32,000 nucleotides of DNA from Vulcanisaeta distributa DSM 14429 (GTDB lineage Archaea > Thermoproteota > Thermoprotei > Thermoproteales > Thermocladiaceae). Positions within the stretch are counted from its first letter, which is position 1; each line of letters starts with the position of its first letter. The notes below the pieces were generated by a model. The model saw nothing but the letters and a program-made list of their open reading frames with translations. It made no database searches and was not told the DNA's origin. The stretch is from NCBI RefSeq assembly GCF_000148385.1, contig NC_014537.1, forward strand, positions 1,980,001-2,012,000. Direction: 5' to 3'. This document shows positions 23,094 through 31,009 of the stretch, in pieces. Both the position numbers and the translations under genes were made by a program.

Positions 23094-24044
23094 GTGTCCC
23101 TTGATTGGTTTAGGACCTTGAGAGATGTTGTTGTGGGTAGTCTTAAGGATTCGTGGCTCCCGTTTCCCGTTGATAAGTCGATTTGCACTAAGTGGAGGGA
23201 GGGCTTGTCCTTTGATAGTGATAGTAATACCATACTTTACACCTCATGCCTCTACCAACTGGCCCCAGTCATTGAGAGGGCTGTGGCTGAGCTTGAGAGG
23301 TTTGGCGTCACCAAGGGCGGCGCGTTGGCTAGGTTGACGGCCATTGGCGCGAGGGTCCTTGGTAGGGCATTGCTGAGGCCCAGTGATGAGGAGCTTAATA
23401 GGGCTAATAGGGTCGTTAGGAGCATCTATGGCGCGCTCAAGGCCTTAGGTGTTAGGTTCAGGGTCCTTGATAATGAGCCGTATAGCGGCGCGCTGCTTTA
23501 CGAGCTTGGCTTTGTTGATGAGTTCGCGGATTACGCGAGAAGTGTTTACAAGGTCTTTAGGGACAATAACGTGAGTGAGGTAATAACCATCGACCCACAC
23601 ACCCAGTACACACTCGAGAGGCTTTACCCTAGGTACGTGCCTGAATTTAACATTAAGGTTAAGAGTTACCTGGACTACCTCGACCCAGGCAAGGTAAAGG
23701 TTAGGCTTAGTGAGTTCACTATTCATGACTCATGCCTATACGCCAGGTACCTGAACAAGTATGACCTGATTAGGGGTTTGCTTAGGGGTAAGGCCAATGT
23801 TAAGGAGGACCCGGTAATAACGGGTAGGGATACCTCACACTGCTGTGGTGGGCCCATTGAGTCCACATACCCAGAAATCGCCGGTAAGGTCGCGAGCAAT
23901 AGGGTTAGGGAGCTGACTAGGTTGTCCAGGAACATAGTTGTCCAATGCCCAATATGCTACGTAAACCTGAGGAGAGGCATCAAGCTCAGTGGTGTTGAGG
24001 CTAATCTATACGACATTGCCGAAGTCATTGAGGTGAGTGGGTGA
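23094..24044 (+). CDS. CCG-domain (HdrB / GlcF C-terminal / LldE-like) Fe-S protein
   Basis: The second half holds a complete CCG domain: HDSCLYARYL...SHCCGGPIE...VQCPICYVNL. The first half keeps only YTSCLYQLAP, with no CCG triplet. GTG start. Confidence 0.75.
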   Translation: MSLDWFRTLRDVVVGSLKDSWLPFPVDKSICTKWREGLSFDSDSNTILYTSCLYQLAPVIERAVAELERFGVTKGGALARLTAIGARVLGRALLRPSDEELNRANRVVRSIYGALKALGVRFRVLDNEPYSGALLYELGFVDEFADYARSVYKVFRDNNVSEVITIDPHTQYTLERLYPRYVPEFNIKVKSYLDYLDPGKVKVRLSEFTIHDSCLYARYLNKYDLIRGLLRGKANVKEDPVITGRDTSHCCGGPIESTYPEIAGKVASNRVRELTRLSRNIVVQCPICYVNLRRGIKLSGVEANLYDIAEVIEVSG

Positions 24045-24358
24045 TGATGAGTTTAAGGGAGATTTACGAGGAGGTCAGGAAGTGCCAGTTCTGCGGATTC
24101 TGTGAGCTCCCATGCCCAACCTTCAACGCACTACGTAGTAGGGCCTATGGACCCAGGGGCAGAATAAATCTAATCAAAACCTTAATTGAAAATGGTTTTG
24201 GTCAGGATAAGAACGCGGAGATGGGCGTTGACGTTATTAATTCAATAATGACCTGCCTACACTGTGCCGCCTGTGATACGCAGTGCCCAGCGGGCATTAA
24301 GATCGCAGATACAATACATAGTTTCAAGGCAATTATCCTGAAAACAATGCTTAAGTAA
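24041..24358 (+). CDS. 2x[4Fe-4S] ferredoxin-domain protein (GlcF N-terminal-like / HdrC-like)
   Basis: CQFCGFCELPCP and CLHCAACDTQCP. The start overlaps the upstream stop (GTGATGATGA). Confidence 0.8.
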   Translation: MMMSLREIYEEVRKCQFCGFCELPCPTFNALRSRAYGPRGRINLIKTLIENGFGQDKNAEMGVDVINSIMTCLHCAACDTQCPAGIKIADTIHSFKAIILKTMLK

Positions 24359-24379
24359 TAGTGATCTAGAATAAACAAT

Positions 24380-25783
24380 ATGTCCCAGAATAAGGGTGAT
24401 GTGATTAAGGAGCTTGAGACCGTGTTTAGGGATAGGTTGTTCACGGAACCGCACATACTCGCCCTGTACAGTCATGATGCGTCTTCCGAGGTTGGTGTTA
24501 AGCCAATGGCCGTTGTTCAGCCGGTGAGTGTTGATGAGGTTGTTAGGGTCGTTAAGCTCGCCATTGACTATGGCTTTAAGATCGTACCCGTCGGTTCATC
24601 AACAAGCCTATCTGGCAATGCCACGCCTAAGCTTGAGAATACGGTGATTGTTTCCCTGGAGAGGATGAACTCAATAATTGAGGTCTCGGACATTGATTGG
24701 TACGCGAGGGTTCAACCGGGCATTAAGGTTGATGAGTTGAACCTGGAATTAATGGGTTACGGCCTTCAGTGGCCCGTGGATCCAGCATCATCTAAGACCG
24801 CCACGGTTGGTGGTGTAATTAGTAATGGCGGTGGTGGTATGCGTGGTGCTAAGTATGGACCTGCCTCACACTGGGTCCTCGGTCTTGAGGCGGTTATTGG
24901 AACTGGCGATGTCATTAGGGTTGGCTGTAGGACTGTTAAGTGTAGGGAGGGTTACAACCTGGTCCAGGTCTTCATTGGCTCCGAGGGGACCCTGGGCATA
25001 GTCACTGAGGCAACACTTAGGTTGACACCGCTGCCGGAGTCCTTCGTGGGGGTGATGGCTAGGTTTGGAAATGCTGAGTCCCTGGTCGATGCAGTGATTA
25101 GGGTCAGGAGGGATAAGCTGTGGCCTATGGTTACGGAATTCATCGATGACATAACAGCCCAAATACTCAACCTTGAGCCCGGTTACTACCTGTGGATTGG
25201 GGTTGATACGTATACAGGTAGTGAACAGCAAATACTGTCTAAGCTAAGCGCTGACATATCATCGAGTGGCGGTGAGATAATTAGTAAGGCGTCCACGTGG
25301 CAGGAATTCTCAAAGATACTGGAGCCAAGGAGGATGCTCTACTCAGCAACGCTTAAGGCCGCATTTAATGATTATGGGACAGACGTGTTCGTAGCCTTCG
25401 AAGACGTCGCAGTGCCGATGAGCAAATTACCTGAGGCCGTCAGAGAAATACAATCATTGGGTAAGAAATACAATGTTAAGATGAACCTCGGCGGGCACAT
25501 TGGGGATGGAAACCTACACCCATCCGTTTGGGCTAGGCGCTCTGATAGGGATGAGATGGATAGAGTCCTAAGGTTCTTCGAGGATGTTGGTAAACTAGCC
25601 ATAAGGCTCAGTGGCACGGTTAGCGCAGAGCATGGTATTGGGACCCAGAAGAGGGGCTTGTTGAGGGAGGCAATTAGCAGTAGGAATGGTGGTAATAGTG
25701 ATATGGTTATTGGGCTAATGAAGGGTATTAAGAGGATATTTGACCCACACGGAATATTCAATCCAGGAAAAATCTTCGATTAA
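24380..25783 (+). CDS. glcD: FAD-linked oxidase, GlcD / D-lactate (2-hydroxyacid) dehydrogenase-like
   Basis: FAD-binding PCMH-type N-terminal domain (VVQPVSVDEVVRVVKLA...IVPVGSSTSLSGN...GGVISNGGGGMRGAKYG), GSEGTLGIVTEATLRL, and C-terminal GTVSAEHGIG...IFDPHGIFNPGK. Confidence 0.85.
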   Translation: MSQNKGDVIKELETVFRDRLFTEPHILALYSHDASSEVGVKPMAVVQPVSVDEVVRVVKLAIDYGFKIVPVGSSTSLSGNATPKLENTVIVSLERMNSIIEVSDIDWYARVQPGIKVDELNLELMGYGLQWPVDPASSKTATVGGVISNGGGGMRGAKYGPASHWVLGLEAVIGTGDVIRVGCRTVKCREGYNLVQVFIGSEGTLGIVTEATLRLTPLPESFVGVMARFGNAESLVDAVIRVRRDKLWPMVTEFIDDITAQILNLEPGYYLWIGVDTYTGSEQQILSKLSADISSSGGEIISKASTWQEFSKILEPRRMLYSATLKAAFNDYGTDVFVAFEDVAVPMSKLPEAVREIQSLGKKYNVKMNLGGHIGDGNLHPSVWARRSDRDEMDRVLRFFEDVGKLAIRLSGTVSAEHGIGTQKRGLLREAISSRNGGNSDMVIGLMKGIKRIFDPHGIFNPGKIFD

Positions 25784-25825
25784 TTTAACGTTATTTTCAC
25801 ATAAATTAAGTTTGATTATATAATT

Positions 25826-26164
25826 TCAATCACTACTGACGTTAGAAGGCCTTATGGTCAGTATCTTAACGACGTCGCCAGGACCAATGCCATACAACTC
25901 CCTAACACTCCTCGGTATTGTGAATTGCCTGGAATCCGTGTGCCTAGTCCTCAACAACTTAACGCCTTTTAACTCAATCACGAAGCCCTTATACTCAAGC
26001 TCAACATCAGCAAATCTTAAATGAGTGATACCCAGCGCCCTGACTAGGCTCGCCGGTAATAGGACTTGGTTATTTATGTACACCCTAACCACGAAGGGAA
26101 GTGTCGTCACGTTAAACCTCTCCAACTTCCTACGTACAGTCACCCTAACAACCACGTTTACCAC
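25826..26164 (-). CDS. Putative DNA-binding protein with two AbrB/SpoVT-like half-domains in one chain
   Basis: The C-terminal RQFTIPRSVRELYGIGPGDVVKILTI is a clear AbrB-type motif. An upstream weaker copy is NQVLLPASLVRALGITHLRFADVELEY. GTG start, with a TATA-like tattatttaag about 26-36 nt upstream. Confidence 0.5.
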   Translation of the reverse strand: MVNVVVRVTVRRKLERFNVTTLPFVVRVYINNQVLLPASLVRALGITHLRFADVELEYKGFVIELKGVKLLRTRHTDSRQFTIPRSVRELYGIGPGDVVKILTIRPSNVSSD

Positions 26165-26203
26165 CGATCAGTTCCTCAACACTACCACACTTAAATAATA
26201 CTC

Positions 26204-26271
26204 CGTGAAAAACACGTGAAACCAAATTGAAAAAGCACCAACATACACAGTGGTAAATAAAGGTTTCACGT
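26204..26271. promoter_or_regulatory. CGTGAAA repeat set including a 10-bp inverted repeat, in the divergent intergenic region
   Basis: cgtgaaa occurs at 26204-26210 and 26215-26221 (direct). acgtgaaacc (26214-26223) is the exact reverse complement of ggtttcacgt (26262-26271). The set lies between the TATA-like boxes of the two divergent genes. Confidence 0.35.
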
Positions 26272-26320
26272 AAGATAAAGAACAGAAAGAGATTTAAAGA
26301 AAGAATTGAACATAAATTAA

Positions 26321-26839
26321 ATGCCAAGCAAGGCGTTGGGGACAGGAATGTGCCCAAGATGCGGAAAACCAGGAACCGTAGTGATAAAGGCAGGAAACTA
26401 CGTATACATCAAGCACGGAAACACTTGGCACTACATAGGAACAATAGACAAAGTAAACCTAAATAAAATACTAATAAAAGATAATACAATACTAGAAGAA
26501 TTAAAAGAAAATAATTTGAAACATGATCATAAATATATTAAAAATCACAAGATAAAAATATTACCAGTCATTTTTGCATTAGTAATTATTTCGATTATAA
26601 CTCTTAGTTTAATATTTTTAATGCTATATAACCATAATAATAAACAAAATATAAATAATTTTGGGGTAAATGCTGTTCTGACGGGCTGTCATTATATTAA
26701 GTCTGCTAATGATACCATATTTTTCATTTCGTGTAATATTACCAATGTAAATGTATCTAATAATCATTTTAATATAAAATATATAAGCAATTTAACGGAT
26801 TACAATGTTACAGCTTATAGTTTCAACTATTTAAAATGA
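26321..26839 (+). CDS. Hypothetical single-pass membrane protein: N-terminal Cys2-His2 zinc-ribbon-like module, TM helix, N-x-S/T-rich C-terminal domain
   Basis: CPRCG-x17-H-x4-H (CPRCGKPGTVVIKAGNYVYIKHGNTWH). TM helix ILPVIFALVIISIITLSLIFLML. Five N-x-S/T sequons fall in the last about 45 aa. The codon composition is extremely A/T-rich after about 26455. Confidence 0.45.
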   Translation: MPSKALGTGMCPRCGKPGTVVIKAGNYVYIKHGNTWHYIGTIDKVNLNKILIKDNTILEELKENNLKHDHKYIKNHKIKILPVIFALVIISIITLSLIFLMLYNHNNKQNINNFGVNAVLTGCHYIKSANDTIFFISCNITNVNVSNNHFNIKYISNLTDYNVTAYSFNYLK

Positions 26840-27284
26840 ATATATATACTGTTGTTATAGTAACGGTATATGGACTTATATTATAAATAAGAACATACCA
26901 CGTTCCAGGGCCCGGATCAAAGATTACGAATGCAGAACCCCCACTTACTGAATAACCATAACCAGAACCTGTATTTGCATTTATTACTCCAATAAGTAAA
27001 TTAGCGTATGAAGGAGTCCATTGTACATATACTGCTAATTCCTGACCTGAACTTAATGTAACTGGCCCAGCTAATATACCTGTGTTAGGTGGTAATGTTA
27101 TCGGGTCTGTTCTATGAGTTGGTGGTAATGTTTTTAGTTTTAGTGTTGTTATTTCCTTGATTATTGTTACGCCTGGTGTGTCTGGCTTTATCTTTGTTAC
27201 TTGCATTGCCATTGTTGTTCCTGCCATTAGTGTTACTACGAGTAGTAACGCGGGTAGTACTAGTGCTAGGGCTTTTCTCGTCAT
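26823..27284 (-). CDS. Hypothetical exported protein (Sec signal peptide or class-III/type-IV-pilin-like signal)
   Basis: The N-terminus MTRKA-LALVLPALLLVVTLMAGTTMAMQV fits either a Sec signal (TMA-MQ) or the archaeal prepilin pattern [KR][GA]-[L][A] followed by about 20 hydrophobic residues. The remainder is beta-rich (T/V/Y/G). Confidence 0.5.
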   Translation of the reverse strand: MTRKALALVLPALLLVVTLMAGTTMAMQVTKIKPDTPGVTIIKEITTLKLKTLPPTHRTDPITLPPNTGILAGPVTLSSGQELAVYVQWTPSYANLLIGVINANTGSGYGYSVSGGSAFVIFDPGPGTWYVLIYNISPYTVTITTVYIFILNS

Positions 27285-27443
27285 AGGTAATAGCTATGTT
27301 TAATATTTTTAAATATTACCTCTGTAGTACTTTCGATGTACTTTGTTCTTTATTCTATTTTATTATTTCAATCTGTAAAGAAAATTCTTTAGAAATAGAA
27401 AAACGAGAAATAGATTGGAATTAACAGGTTGAACGAAGCCTAT

Positions 27444-27503
27444 GGCTCAGCACTCGGCAAACTCGTCACTACTCTGGCAGGCGAGGTCCCTACTCATCAC
27501 CGG
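27444..27503 (-). ncRNA. Candidate C/D box sRNA (2'-O-methylation guide)
   Basis: Minus strand reads GUGAUGA (C, 27500-27494), GUAGGGACCUCG(C), a degenerate D' (CUGC), a spacer, GUGACGA (C'), GUUUGCCGAGUG (exactly 12 nt), then CUGA (D, 27450-27447). The core is 54 nt. It sits in a locally GC-richer patch of an otherwise A/T-rich intergenic region. Confidence 0.5.
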
Positions 27504-27687
27504 GATTAATTACTGCAGAGCTTCTTAAAGCCTTGGGTTACTACATTAATTACATAATTATTCATATAAATATTTATTAATACTGTGTAGAAATACATGT
27601 GTAATTTTACATATATAATGGATAATATACACGGATTATGCAATAATGCTTATTAATCAGTTAAAATTAGGTATTCATGGTGGTTGT

Positions 27688-28116
27688 ATGAGAGCGATCG
27701 ACCTCGTTAAAAGGAGGCCCCTTGTCATTACTGAGGATAGGCCGTTTATTGAGGCTGTGGATTTAATGGCTAAGGAGAATACTGGTTCTGTGGTTGTGGT
27801 TGAGGACTTGAATAGTATGAAGTTGCGTGGTATAATAACTGAGCGTGATGTGATTAGGGCCTTGGCTAATAGGCTTCCGCTTGATACTCCTGTTGGTAAG
27901 GTTGGGACTATGGGTCCTAGGGTTGTTAGGGCTAGGGTTGATGATTCCGTGGGGACCGTGGCCTCCCTAATGGTTAATTATAGGGTTAGGCACGTTATTG
28001 TGGTTGATGATGAGGATAGGGTTGTGGGTGTTATTTCAATTAGGGACTTGCTGGGTGACTTGGATGCCGTTAGGGAGATTGCGAGGCTTGATAGGTATCC
28101 GAAGGTTAGAGAGTGA
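27688..28116 (+). CDS. CBS-domain pair protein
   Basis: Two CBS repeats: VITEDRPFIEAVDLMAKENTGSVVVVED...GIITERDVIRAL and VDDSVGTVASLMVNYRVRHVIVVDDEDRVVGVISIRDLL. The track ORF starts at 27646. I prefer ATG 27688 because ttaaaattagg lies about 17-27 nt upstream of it. Confidence 0.8.
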   Translation: MRAIDLVKRRPLVITEDRPFIEAVDLMAKENTGSVVVVEDLNSMKLRGIITERDVIRALANRLPLDTPVGKVGTMGPRVVRARVDDSVGTVASLMVNYRVRHVIVVDDEDRVVGVISIRDLLGDLDAVREIARLDRYPKVRE

Positions 28117-29239
28117 TCTTTAGTATTTTGTAAATGAACGCTGACATTACTATTAAAACCCCGGTCATAACCCAACCAAGCGCCCCAAGGTATTGTATTG
28201 CGTAACTCATTACCACGCCTATTATTGAGCCTATTATTGATGATACTGTGAATAGGTAGCTTGTTGATTGGGCGATTAGTATTGGGCTTACGAGTTCATG
28301 CACGAGGTATAGCGTTAGTAGTAGGATTAGTGTGAATATGAAGCCCACGATCACGGGAATGAATAACTGAGCCTTGGCAAGCCCCATGGGCATGGTCACC
28401 GCGCCGAGGGCTATGGTTAGGTAGAATAGCATCTTACGTCTCTCCATCTTTAATGAATGCCTAAACCTGTATAGCAGTGGTGTTAGGGCTAGTGGAACCG
28501 TTAATTCCGCAATTGCTGGGTAACCACCTAAATTAACGATTAATGGTAGTAGGCTTAGGTATACACCCCAGGGTATTGAGAAGGCTATTGATATCATGAG
28601 TACGTCTGGGTTATTCATGACGGCCATTACCGATACACTCTTTATTATCACGGCATCCTTCATCGTGAGGAGAACGAGGATAGCGAGGGCCAGGGAGGCT
28701 ATGCCCAGGTATAGCACGGCGCTCTGCGTAATACCCACTATCACTAGTGATGAGAGGAGCATTAGTACTGTTATTGAGGATAGGTAGGTAACCTGGACCC
28801 ACCTGGTCAACCCCCTAATACTCCACCAACCAAGTATTAGTAGGAGTGATGGCATTAGGTATAGCCCAAGCCCCATGCCTGCTAGGAACCTGAGTAGTAA
28901 TGCTGTGTGGTAACTACTCGTTGTTGAGAATATGAGGGATAATCCATTGAGTAATAGGCCTAGGAACATGGAGACTCTATTGCCAAGTCTACTGAATAGG
29001 AATGTTGCTGGTAATTGTGTTGCTGCGAAGCCTATCATCGCGGTTGCCATGGGTACTACGTAATAAACAGCGCTGAGCACGACCTTCCTTATCGTCATTA
29101 TGTCGAACATTATGGTTGATACGCCCAACCAATTAATCATTATTAGTGATAGGCCTGCTATGCTAATTCCAAGTACGTAATAGGCCTTCTTGATGACTAA
29201 AGCGTCCAATTCCTCAATGGGCCTATTATTAATCCCCAC
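28106..29239 (-). CDS. Major-facilitator-superfamily-type transporter
   Basis: 377 aa with about 10-12 TM helices and the short basic loop motif FSRLGNRVSMF (an MFS D-R-x-G-R-R-like loop between TM2 and TM3). No soluble domain. Confidence 0.7.
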   Translation of the reverse strand: MGINNRPIEELDALVIKKAYYVLGISIAGLSLIMINWLGVSTIMFDIMTIRKVVLSAVYYVVPMATAMIGFAATQLPATFLFSRLGNRVSMFLGLLLNGLSLIFSTTSSYHTALLLRFLAGMGLGLYLMPSLLLILGWWSIRGLTRWVQVTYLSSITVLMLLSSLVIVGITQSAVLYLGIASLALAILVLLTMKDAVIIKSVSVMAVMNNPDVLMISIAFSIPWGVYLSLLPLIVNLGGYPAIAELTVPLALTPLLYRFRHSLKMERRKMLFYLTIALGAVTMPMGLAKAQLFIPVIVGFIFTLILLLTLYLVHELVSPILIAQSTSYLFTVSSIIGSIIGVVMSYAIQYLGALGWVMTGVLIVMSAFIYKILKITL

Positions 29240-29311
29240 ATGAAAACTGCATTAAAGCCCCTTATCAAGGTTTCTAACTATTGACAGTTAAGATAAAGAG
29301 ATTGGATAAAT

Positions 29312-31009
29312 TCACGCCTGTGAATCGTCACTTAACTGCTCATCGGAGTCCTTATTCATCTTAATGGTTATTACGGCCTTACTTACCTCCTCCTTAATCC
29401 TCTCCCTGAACTCTCCGTACTGCTCAATTAAAGAGCCCAACTTCTCCTTGTACCTCTTAAGCACTAGGTTGAAGCTGCCAACGGCTATGTACTTAATAAG
29501 CCTCTTAACAATGAAGTTCTCAACCTTCCTAGTTATTAAGTCACTAAAGGCCTTGGCCTCCTCGAAGGACTTTATCAAAGCCTTAAGAATAAACTCACGC
29601 CTCAGTGGGTCATCGAGTATCTTATCCAGCACCGTGAAGTCCCTCCTCCTAAGTGCACCCATTGGTATGAAGGGTAGTGGGAACGTGAGCACCCTAAGCC
29701 TCTTCAACCTGTCGAGTAATTCAAGGCTCTTTATAACATCATCATCAGTTTCGCCCGGCAGGTTGAGGATCATTGTACCAACAACAACCCAGTAATTATC
29801 GTTGAGTATTCCAATGGCCTCCTCAACAACGTCGGGGTACTGCTCAGGCTTATACGGCAATGCCTTACCCGCCATTAACAGCCTTAATAATCTGGGCGAG
29901 CCAGTCTCAATACCCATTTCAATGAAGTGCCAGGTACCGCCTTCATTCATGTACTCAGAGACCTCCTTAACCATCTTAGGAGCGTACTTCACAACGGCTG
30001 CCGTTGTGAAGTCTGTGGTTATTTCGTAATCGTCCCCGTAAGACTTAACGAGTTTATACGCCTTAATTGTTAGGTCTAGGACCTTGTCAGGGTTTGGCTC
30101 AATGCCCTTCGCACCATACCTAAAGAACTCATCACTATGGAGTGTTATTTCCTTAAAACCACCAACCTCAATATTCAACTTTATCTCCCTATCGATGTGC
30201 CCCTCGAATGGGAATGACCTAATCATTCCGCTAAGCGTTGGCGTGCAGAATTGACAACCCCTGCCGCAGCCCCTCGTGACCTCAACCATACCGCCAATTG
30301 AGGGCGTGACTATGGTTGGGACCATATCTATCGGCACTGGCCTATGGGCTACCACCCTACTCGGCACCGGTTCACCCTTCATTATCTTATCAAATAATTG
30401 CGGGCCATCCTCCTCAAACTCGCCCTCATAAACAACGTCAATGCCAAGCTCATCCTGCCTACCGGTATCCACGATCTGCCAACCAGCGGGGCCTCCAACA
30501 ACAATCTTGAGATGGCTCCTATGTCTCTTAATTGCTGGGTGATTAATGACTTGTAGGAATGACTTGGCTATGTATGGTAAGCCCCTATACGGTAAGTCAG
30601 CTAGCTTCAATATCCAATACAGAATCCCTGAACCAAAGCTCAGTCCTAATGGGTCCATTACGTATATACCCACAATTCGTGTATTGGGCCCAATTACCTT
30701 ATCGAGCTTATATGGATCGGCAACTATTACGTCATTTCTCGTGTAACCATGGGCAAGTAACGCAGCCTCAACCTTAGCCAAGCCATAGGGGGCTCTTAAA
30801 ACCCTACCATCTTTATCACTCTTAACCCTGAAGAATCTGCGGGCAACCCAATCCCTGAAGTAGTTCTCCGGTATTGCACTTGCAAATCCGACCACGGATG
30901 AACCGTGTGTATCGCTCATTGTCGCGATTTCGCCCGTTAAAACGATTGGATATCCACCGAATGACACAGACCTACCACATACCTGTAGTAAATAAAAACC
31001 CTTCTTCAT
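29312..31009 (-). CDS. Radical SAM protein with N-terminal B12-binding-like (Rossmann-type) domain, COG1032-like; substrate unknown
   Basis: A single CxxxCxxC cluster motif (VTRGCGRGCQFCTP), preceded by about 240 aa resembling the B12-binding-like domain of class-B-type radical SAM enzymes (IVGIYVMDPLGL...KIVVGGPAGW). The C-terminal tail is charged and helical. Confidence 0.8.
   Translation of the reverse strand: MKKGFYLLQVCGRSVSFGGYPIVLTGEIATMSDTHGSSVVGFASAIPENYFRDWVARRFFRVKSDKDGRVLRAPYGLAKVEAALLAHGYTRNDVIVADPYKLDKVIGPNTRIVGIYVMDPLGLSFGSGILYWILKLADLPYRGLPYIAKSFLQVINHPAIKRHRSHLKIVVGGPAGWQIVDTGRQDELGIDVVYEGEFEEDGPQLFDKIMKGEPVPSRVVAHRPVPIDMVPTIVTPSIGGMVEVTRGCGRGCQFCTPTLSGMIRSFPFEGHIDREIKLNIEVGGFKEITLHSDEFFRYGAKGIEPNPDKVLDLTIKAYKLVKSYGDDYEITTDFTTAAVVKYAPKMVKEVSEYMNEGGTWHFIEMGIETGSPRLLRLLMAGKALPYKPEQYPDVVEEAIGILNDNYWVVVGTMILNLPGETDDDVIKSLELLDRLKRLRVLTFPLPFIPMGALRRRDFTVLDKILDDPLRREFILKALIKSFEEAKAFSDLITRKVENFIVKRLIKYIAVGSFNLVLKRYKEKLGSLIEQYGEFRERIKEEVSKAVITIKMNKDSDEQLSDDSQA

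Noticed and set aside
23036-25761. ORFs 23036..23233 (-), 23125..23337 (+), 23445..23935 (-), 24202..24475 (-), 24866..25231 (-), 24952..25170 (-), 25372..25761 (-)
   Set aside because: They are alternative-frame or antisense to the CCG, ferredoxin and GlcD-like genes, and have no motifs.
26145-26357. 70-aa minus-strand ORF spanning the intergenic repeat region
   Set aside because: It would cross both TATA-like boxes and the start of the plus-strand gene. Its F/L/C-rich product is implausible.
27443-27529. 28-aa plus-strand ORF (MAQHSANSSLLWQARSLLITGINYCRAS) in the GC-richer intergenic patch
   Set aside because: It is too short, has no promoter spacing or motif, and the patch is better explained by the C/D box sRNA on the opposite strand.
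28596-30777. Antisense or alternative-frame ORFs inside the MFS and radical SAM genes (28596..28787, 28611..28802, 29364..29795, 29802..30029, 30316..30510, 30546..30777)
   Set aside because: They overlap long ORFs that have clear family features, and their compositions are shadow-like.
29312-31009. Calling the radical SAM protein a tetraether synthase (Tes) or GDGT ring synthase (Grs)
   Set aside because: The protein has only one Fe-S binding motif, and I have no way to run a phylogeny. The family assignment cannot be supported from the sequence alone.
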